NCBI GenBank assembly: GCA_039621445.1
Contig: CP154954.1
Span: forward strand, 27,640,123-27,674,561
Length of the DNA stretch: 34,439 bases
Direction: 5' to 3'
From: Euglena gracilis
Taxonomy: Eukaryota
The first letter of the stretch is position 1. The number at the start of each line of letters is the position of its first letter. The translations under genes were made by a program, and so were the position numbers. Of this stretch, positions 1-9,020 are shown piece after piece. The notes beneath the pieces are model-generated. The model had not been told where the DNA came from, ran no database searches, and saw nothing but the letters and a program-made list of their open reading frames with translations.

Positions 1-1990
1 CACTTTGGTCAAAGTGGCCTTGGCCAGGGACACTTTGGTCAAAGTGGCCTTGGCCAGGGACACTTTGGGCAAAGTGGCCTTGGCCAGGGACACTTTGGGC
101 AAAGTGGCCTTGGCCAGGGACACTTTGGTCAAATTTGCCTTTTCCAGGGACACTTTGGTCAAATTTGCCTTGGACAGGGACACTTTGGTCAAAGCGGCCT
201 TGGCCAGGGATCCTTTTGTCAAAGTGGCATTGGCCAGAGACACTTTGCTCAAAGTGGGATTGGCCAGGGACACTTTGGTCAAAGTGGCCTTGGCCAGGGA
301 CACTTTGGTCAAAGTGGCCTTGGCCAGGGACTCTTTGGTCAAATTGGCCTTGGCCAGGGACACTTTGGTCAAAGTGGCCTTGGCCAGGGACACTTTGGTC
401 AAAGTGGCCTTTGGCCAGGGACACTTTGGTCAAAGTGGCCTTCGCCAGGGACACTTTGGTCAAAGTTGCCTTGGCCAGGGACACTTTAGTCAAAGTGGCC
501 TTGACCAGGGAAACTTTGGTCAAAGTGGCCTTGGCCAGGGACACTGTGGTCAAAGTGGCCTTGGCCAGGGACACTTTGGTCAAAGTGGCCTTGGCCAGGG
601 ACACTTTGGTCAAAGTGGCCTTGGCCAGGGACACTTTGGTCAAAGTGGCCTTGGCCAGGGACACTTTGGTCAAAGTGGCCTTGGCCAGGGACACCTTGGT
701 CAACTTGGCCTTGGCCAGGGACACTTTGGTCAAAGTGGCCTTGGCCAGGGACACTTTGGTCAAAGTGGCCTTGGCCAGGGACGCCTTGGTCAAAGTGGCC
801 TTGGCCAGGGACACTTTGGTCAAAGTGGCCTTGGCCAGGGACACTTTGGTCAAAGTTGCCTTGTCCAGGGACACTTTGGTCAAAGTGGCCTTGTCCAGGG
901 ACACTTTGGTCAAATTTGCCTTGGCCAGGGACAATTTGGTCAAAGTGGCCTTGGCCAGGGACACTTTGGTCAAGGGACCTTGTCCAGGGACACTTTGGTC
1001 AAATTTGCCTTGGCCAGGGACACTTTGGTCAAAGTGGCCTTGGCCAGGGACACTTTGGTCAAAGTGGCCTTGGCCAGGGACACTTTGGTCAAAGTGGCCT
1101 TGGCCAGGGACACTTTGGTCAAAGTTGCCTTGGCCAGGGACACTTTGGTCAAAGTGGCCTTCGCCAGGGACACTTTGGTCAAAGTTGCCTTGGCCAGGGA
1201 CGCTTTGGTCAAAGTGGCCTTGGCCAGGGACACTTTGGTCAACGTGCCCTTGGCCAGCGACACTGTGGTCAAAGTGGCCTTGGCCAGGGACACTTTGGTC
1301 AAAGTGGCCTTGGCCAGTGACACCTTGGTCAAAGTGGCCTTGGCCAGGGACACTTTGGTCAAAGTGGCCTTGTCAAGGGACACTTTGGTCAAATTTGCCT
1401 TGGCCAGGGACACTTTGGCTAAAGTGGCCTTGGCCAGGGACACTTCGGTCAAAGTGGCCTTGGCCAGGGACACTTTGGTCAAAGCGGCCGTGGCCAGGGA
1501 TCCTTTGGTCAAAGTGGCCTTGTCCAGGGACACTTTGGTCAAGTTTGCCTTGGCCAGGGACACTTTGGTCAAAGTGGCCTTGGCCAGGGACACTTTGGTC
1601 AAAGTGGCCTTGGCCAGGGACACCTTGGTCAAAGTGGCCTTGGCCAGGGACACTTTGGTCAAAGTGGCCTTGGCCAGGGACACTTTGGTCAAAGTGGCCT
1701 TGGCCAGGGGCACTTTGGTCAAAGTGGCCTTGGCCAGGGACACCTTGGTCAAAGTGGCCTTGGACAGGGGCACTTTGGTCAAAGTGGCCTTGGCCAGGGA
1801 CACGTTGGTCAAAGTGGCCTTGACCAGGGACACTTTGGTCAAAGTGGCCTTGGCCAGGGACACTTTGGTCAAAGTGGCCTTGGCCAGGGACAGTTTGGTC
1901 AAAGTGGCCTTGGCCAGGGACACTTTGGTCAAAGTGGCCTTGGCCAGGGACACTTTTATCAAAGTGGCCTTCGCCAGGGACACTTTGGTC

Positions 1991-3060
1991 TAAGTGGACT
2001 TGGCCAGGGACACTTTGGTCAAACTGGCCTTCGCCAGGGACACTTTGGTCAAAGTTGCCTTGGCCAGGGACACTTTGGTCAAAGTCTCCTTGACCAGGGA
2101 CACTTTGGTCAAAGTGGCCTTGGCCAGGGACACTGTGGTCAAAGTGGCCTTGGCCAGGGACACTTTGGTCAAAGTGGCCGTGGCCAGGGACATTTTGGTC
2201 AAAGTGGCCTTGGCCAGTGACACCTTGTTCAAAGTGGCCTTGGCCAGGGAAACTTTGGTCAAGGCGGCATTGTCCAGGGACACTTTGGTCAAATTTGCCT
2301 TGGCCAGGGACACTTTGGTCAAAGTGGCCTTGGCCAGGGACACTTTGGTCAAAGTGGCCTTGGCCAGGGACACTTTGGTCAAAGTGGCCTTGGCCAGGGA
2401 CACTTTGGTCAAAGTGGCCTTGGCCAGGGACACTTTGGTCAAAGTGGCCTTGGCCAGGGACACTTTGGTCAAAGTGGCCTTGGCCAGGGACACCTTGGTC
2501 AACTTGGCCTTGGCCAGGGACACTTTGGTCAAAGTGGCCTTGGCCAGGGACACTTTGGTCAAAGTTGCCTTGGCCAGGGACGCCTTGGTCAAAGTGGCCT
2601 TGGCCAGGGACACTTTGGTCAAAGTGGCCTTGGCCAGGGACACTTTGGTCAAAGTTGCCTTGTCCAGGGACACTTTGGTCAAAGTGGCCTTGTCCAGGGA
2701 CACTTTGGTCAAATTTGCCTTGGCCAGGGACAATTTGGTCTAAGTGGACTTGGCCAGGGACACTTTGGTCAAAGTGGCCTTCGCCAGGGACACTTTGGTC
2801 AAAGTTGCCTTGGCCAGGGACACTTTGGTCAAAGTCTCCTTGACCAGGGACACTTTGGTCAAAGTGGCCTTGGCCAGGGACACTGTGGTCAAAGTGGCCT
2901 TGGCCAGGGACACTTTGGTCAAAGTGGCCGTGGCCAGGGATATTTTGGTCAAAGTGGCCTTGGCCAGTGACACCTTGTTCAAAGTGGCCTTGGCCAGGGA
3001 AACTTTGGTCAAGGCGGCATTGTCCAGGGACACTTTGGTCAAATTTGCCTTGGCCAGGGA
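1991..3060 (+). repeat. Higher-order duplication, 750-bp (25-monomer) offset: ~1991-2310 matches ~2741-3060
   Basis: Same ordered rare variants 750 bp apart: TAAGTGGAC 1991/2741, AAAGTCTCCTTGACC 2081/2831, CACTGTGG 2131/2881, CACCTTGTTC 2221/2971, AACTTTGGTCAAGGCGGCAT 2251/3001. Confidence 0.9.
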
Positions 3061-6000
3061 CACTTTGGTCAAAGTGGCCTTGGCCAGGGACAGTTTGGTC
3101 AAAGTGGCCTTGGCCAGGGACACTTTGGTCAAAGTGGCCTTGGCCAGGGACACTTTGGTCAAAGTGGCCTTGGCCAGGGACACCTTGGTCAAAGTGGCAT
3201 TGGCCAGGGACAATTTGGTCAAAGTGCCCTTGGCCAGGGACACTTTGATCAAAATGGCCTTGGCCAGGGAAAGTTTGGTCAAAGTGGCCTTGGCCAGGGA
3301 CACTTTGGTCAAAGTGGCCTTGGCCAGGGACGCCTTGGTCAAAGTGGCCTTGGCCAGGGACACTTTGGTCAAAGTGGCCTTGGCCAGGGACACTTTGGTC
3401 AAAGTGGACTTGGCCACGGACACCTTGGTCAAAGTGGCCTTGGCCAAGGACACTTTGGTCAAAGTGGCCTTGACCAGGGACACTTTGGTCAAAGTGGCCT
3501 TGGCCAGGGACACTTTGGTCAAAGTGGCCTTGGCCAGGGACAGTTTGGTCAAGGTGGCCTGGGCCAGGGACACTTTGGTCAAAGTGGCCTTGGCCAGGGA
3601 CACTTTTATCAAAGTGGCCTTGGCCAGGGACACTTTGGTCTAAGTGGACTTGGCCAGGGACGCTTTGGTCATAATGGCCTTTGCCAGGGACACTTTGGTC
3701 AAAGTTGCCTTGGCCAGGGACACTTTGGTCAAAGTGGCCTTGGCCAGGGACATTTTGGTCAAAGTGGCCTTGGCCAGTGACACCTTGGTCAAAGCGGCCT
3801 TGGCCAGGGATCCTTTGGTCAAAGTGGCCTTGGCCAGGGCCACTTTGGTCAAAATGGCATTGGCCAGGGATACTTTGGTCAAAGTGCCTTGGCCAGGGAC
3901 ACTTTGGTCAAAGTGGCCTTGGCCAGGGACACTTTGGTCAAAGTGGCCTTGGCCAGGGACACTTTGGTCAAAGTGGCCTTGGCCAGGGACACCTTGGTGA
4001 AAGTGGCATTGGCCAGGGACAATTTGGTCAAAGTGGCCTTGGCCAGGGACACTTTGGTCAAAGTGGCCTTGGCCAGGGACAGTTTGGTCAAAGTGGCCTT
4101 GGCCAGGGACACTTTGGTCAAAGTGGCCTTGGCCAGGGACACCTTGGTCAAAGTGGCCTTGGCCAGGGACACTTTGGTCAAAGTGGCCTTGGCCAGGAAC
4201 ACTTTGGTCAAGGTTGCCTTGGCCAGGGACACTTTGGTCAAAGTGGCCTTGACCAGGGACACTTTGGTCAAAGTGGCCTTGGCCAGGGACACTGTGGTCA
4301 AAGTGGCCTTGGCCAGGGACACTTTGGTCAAAGTGGCCTTGGTCAGTGACACCTTGGTCAAAGTGGCCTTGGCCAGGGACACTTTGGTCAAAGTGGCCTT
4401 GTCCAGGGACACTTTGGTCAAATTTGCCTTGGCCAGGGACACTTTGGTCACAGTAGCCTTGGCCAGGGACACTTTGGTCAAAGTGGCCTTTGCCAGGGAC
4501 ACCTTGGTCAAAGTGGCCTTGGCCAGGGACACTTTGGTCAAAGTGGCCTTGGCCAGGGACGCTTTGGTCAAAGTGGACTTGGCCACGGACACCTTGGTCA
4601 AAGTGGCCTTGGCCAGGGACACTTTGGTCAAAGTGGCCTTGACCAGGGACACTTTGGTCAAAGTGGCCTTGGCCAGGGACACTTTGGTCAAAGTGGCCTT
4701 GGCCAGGGACAGTTTGGTCAAAGTGGCCTTGGCCAGGGACACTTTGGTCAAAGTGGCCTTGGCCAGGGACACTTTTATCAAAGTGGCCTTGGCCAACTTT
4801 GGTCTAAGTGGACTTGGCCAGGGACGCTTTGGTCAAAGTGGCCTTTGCCAGGGACACTTTGGTCAAAGTTGCCTTAGCCAGGGACACTTTGGTCAAAGTG
4901 GCCTTGGCCAGGGACACTTTGGTCAAAGTGGCCTTGGCCAGGGACATTTTGGTCAAAGTGGCCTTGGCCAGTGACACCTTGGTCAAAGCGGCCTTGGCCA
5001 GGGATCCTTTGTTCAAAGTGGCCTTGGCCAGGGCCACTTTGGTCAAAGTGGCATTGGCCAGGGGTACTTTGGTCAAAGTGCCCTTGGCCAGGGACACTTA
5101 GGTCAAAGTGGCCTTGGCCAGGGACACCTTGGTCAAAGTGGCCTTGGTCAGTGACACCTCGGTCAAAGTGGCCTTGGCCAGGGACACTTTGGTCAAAGTG
5201 GCCTTGTCCAGGGACACTTTGGTCAAATTTGCCTTGGCCAGGGACACTTTGGTCACAGTGGCCTTGGCCAGGGACACTTTGGTCAAAGTGGCCTTGGCCA
5301 GTGACACCTTGGTCAAAGCGGCCTTGGCCAGGGATCCTTTGTTCAAAGTGGCCTTGGCCAGGGCCACTTTGGTCAAAGTGGCATTGGCCAGGGATACTTT
5401 GGTCAAAGTGCCCTTGGCCAGGGACACTTTGGTCAAAGTTGCCTTGGCCAGGGACACTTTGGTCAAAGTGATCTTCGCCAGGGACACTTTGGTCAAAGTT
5501 GCCTTTGCCAGGGACACTTTGGTCAAAGTGGCCTTGACCAGGGACACTTTGGTCAAAGTGGCCTTGGCCAGGGACACTGTGGTCAAAGTGGCCTTGGCCA
5601 GGGACACTTTGGTCAAAGTGGCCTTGGTCAGTGACACCTTGGTCAAAGTGGCCTTGGCCAGGGACACTTTGGTCAAAGTGGCCTTGTCCAGGGACACTTT
5701 GGTCAAATTTGCCTTGGCCAGGGACACTTTGGTCACAGTGGCCTTGGCCAGGGACACTTTGGTCAAAGTGGCCTTGGCCAGGTCACACTTTGGTCAAAGT
5801 GGCCTTGGCCAGGGACACTTTGGTCAAAGTGCCCTTGGCCAGGGACACTTTGATCAAAATGGCCTTGGCCAGGGAAAGTTTGGTCAAAGTGGCCTTGGCC
5901 AGGGACACTTTGGTCAAAGTGGCCTTGCCCAGGGACACCTTGGTCAAAGTGGCCTTGGCCAGGGACACTTTAGTCAAAGTGGCCTTGGCCAGGGACACTT

Positions 6001-6460
6001 TGGTCAAAGTGGACTTGGCCACGGACACCTTGGTCAAAGTGGCCTTGGCCAGGGACACTTTGGTCAAATTGGCCTTGACCAGGGACACTTTGGTCAAAGT
6101 GGCCTTGGCCAGGGACAGTTTGGTCAAAGTGGCCTTGGCCAGGGACACTTTGGTCAAAGTGGCCTTGGCCAGGGACCCTTTTATCAAAGTGGCCTTGGCC
6201 AGGGACACTTTGGTCTAAGTGGACTTGGCCAGGGACGCTTTGGTCAAAGTTGCCTTTGCCAGGGACACTTTGGTCAAAGTTGCCTTGGCCAGGGACACTT
6301 TGGTCAAAGTGGCCTTGGCCAGGGACACTTTGGTCAAAGTGGCCTTGGCCAGGGACATTTTGGTCAAAGTGGCCTTGGCCAGTGACACCTTGGTCAAAGC
6401 GGCCTTGGCCAGGGATCCTTTGGTCAAAGTGGCCTTGGCCAGGGACACTTTGGTCAAAGT

Positions 6461-9020
6461 GGTATTGGCCAGGGATACTTTGGTCAAAGTACCCTTGGCC
6501 AGGGACACTTTGGTCAAAGTGGCCTTGGCCAGGGACACTTTGGTCAAAGTGGGCTTGGCCAGGGACACTTTGGTCAAAGTGGCCTTGGCCAGGGACACCT
6601 TGGTCAAAGTGGCATTGGCCAGGGACAATTTGGTCAAAGTGGCCTTGGCCAGGGACACTTTGGTCAAAGTGGCCTTCGCCAGGGACAGTTTGGTCAAAGT
6701 GGCCTTGGCCAGGGACACTTTGGTCAAAGTGGTCAAAGTGGCCTTGGCCAGGGACACTTTGGTCAAAGTGGCCTTGGCCAGGGACACCTTGGTCAAAGTG
6801 GCCTTGGCCAGGGACACTTTGGTCAAAGTGGCCTTGGCCAGGGACGCCTTGGTCAAAGTGGCCTTGGCCAGCGACACTTTGGTCAAAGTGGCCTTGGCCA
6901 GGGACACGTTGGTCAAAGTTGCCTTGGCCAGGGACACTTTGGTCAAAGTGGCCTTGGCCAGGGACACTTTGGTCAAAGTTGCCTTGGCCAGGGACACTTT
7001 GGTCAAAGTGATCTTCGCCAGGGACACTTTGGTCAAAGTTGCCTTGGCCAGGGACACTTTGGTCAAAGTGGCTTTGACCAGGGACACTTTGGTCAAAGTG
7101 GCCTTGGCCAGGGACACTGTGGTCAAAGTGGCCTTGGCCAGGGACACTTTGGTCAAAGTGGCCTTGGTCAGTGAAACCTTGGTCAAAGTGGCCTTGGCCA
7201 GGGACACTTTGGTCAAAGTGGCCTTGTCCAGGGACACTTTGGTCAAATTTGCCTTGGCCAGGGACACTTTGGTCACAGTGGCCTTGGCCAGGGACACTTT
7301 GGTCAAAGTGGCCTTGGCCAGGGACACTTTGGTCAAAGTGGCCTTGGCCAGGGACACTTTGGTCAAAGTGGCCTTGGCCAGGGACACTTTGGTCAAAGTG
7401 GCCTTCGCCAGGGACACTTTGGTAAAAGTGGCCTTCGCCAGGGACACTTTGGTCAAAGTTGCCTTGGCCAGGGACACTTTGGTCAAAGTGGCCTTGGCCA
7501 GGGACACTTTGGTCAACGTGGCCTTGGCCAGCGACACTGTGGTCAAAGTGGGCTTGTCCAGGGACACTTTGGTCAAATTTGCCTTGGCCAGGGACACTTT
7601 GGTCAAAGTGGCCTTGGCCAGTGGCACCTTGGTCAAAGTGGCCTTGGCCAGGGACACTTTGGTCAAAGTGGCCTTGGCCAGGGACGCTTTGGTCAAAGTG
7701 GCATTGGCCAGGGATACTTTGGTCAAAGTGCCCTTGGCCAGGGACACTTGGGTCAAAGTGGCCTTGGCCAGGGACACTTTGGTCAAAGTGGCCTTGGCCA
7801 GGGACACTTTGGTCAAAGTGGCCTTGGCCAGGGACACCTTGGTCAAAGTGGCATTGGCCAGGGACAATTTGGTCAAAGTGGCCTTGGCCAGGGACACTTT
7901 GGTCAAAGTGGCCTTCGCCAGGGACAGTTTGGTCAAAGTGGCCTTGGCCAGGGACACTTTGGTCAAAGTGGCCTTGGCCAGGGACACCTTGGTCAAAGTG
8001 GCCTTGGCCAGGGACACTTTGGTCAAAGTGGCCTTGGCCAGGGACACCTTGGTCAAAGTGGCCTTGGCCAGGGACACTTTGGTCAAAGTGGCCTTGGCCA
8101 GGGACGCCTTGGTCAAAGTGGCCTTGGCCAGCGACACTTTGGTCAAAGTGGCCTTGGCCAGGGACACGTTGGTCAAAGTTGCCTTGGCCAGGGACACTTT
8201 GGTCAAAGTGGCCTTGGCCAGGGACACTTTGGTCAAAGTTGCCTTGGCCAGGGACACTTTGGTCAAAGTGATCTTCGCCAGGGACACTTTGGTCAAAGTT
8301 GCCTTGGCCAGGGACACTTTGGTCAAAGTGGCTTTGACCAGGGACACTTTGGTCAAAGTGGCCATGGCCAGGGACACTGTGGTCAAAGTGGCCTTGGCCA
8401 GGGACACTTTGGTCAAAGTGGCCTTGGTCAGTGACACCTTGGTCAAAGTGGCCTTGGCCAGGGACACTTTGGTCAAAGTGGCCTTGTCCAGGGACACTTT
8501 GGTCAAATTTGCCTTGGCCAGGGACACTTTGGTCACAGTGGCCTTGGCCAGGGACACTTTGGTCAAAGTGGCCTTGGCCAGGGACACTTTGGTCAAAGTG
8601 GCCTTGGCCAGGGACACTTTGGTCAAAGTGGCCTTGGCCAGGGACACTTTGGTCAAAGTGGCCTTGGCCAGGGACACTTTGGTCAAAGTGGCCTTGGCCA
8701 GGGACACTTTGGTCAAAGTGGCCTTCGCCAGGGACACTTTGGTAAAAGTGGCCTTCGCCAGGGACACTTTGGTCAAAGTTGCCTTGGCCAGGGACACTTT
8801 GGTCAAAGTGGCCTTGGCCAGGGACACTTTGGTCAACGTGGCCTTGGCCAGCGACACTGTGGTCAAAGTGGCCTTGGCCAGGGACACTTTGGTCAAAGTG
8901 GCCTTGGCCAGGGACACTTTGGACAAAGTGGCCTTGGCCAGTGGCACCTTGGTCAAAGTGGCCTTGGCCAGGGACACTTTGGTCAAAGTGGCCTTGTCCA
9001 GGGACACTTTGGTCAAATTT
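6461..9020 (+). repeat. Tandem higher-order duplication of a ~1.24-1.32-kb (42-44 monomer) unit: ~6461-7700 and ~7701-9020
   Basis: Co-linear variants: CGCCTT 6845/8105, GCGAC 6871/8131, ATCTTCGCC 7011/8271, GCTTTGACC 7071/8331 (offset 1260); GGTAAAAG 7421/8741 and GTGGCACC 7621/8941 (offset 1320); upstream markers offset 1239. Confidence 0.92.

Noticed and set aside
1..30. Hairpins as intrinsic terminators, or repeats as plasmid iterons or operators
   Set aside because: No U-tract after a GC stem, no adjacent genes or rep ORF, and the copy number is far beyond such elements.
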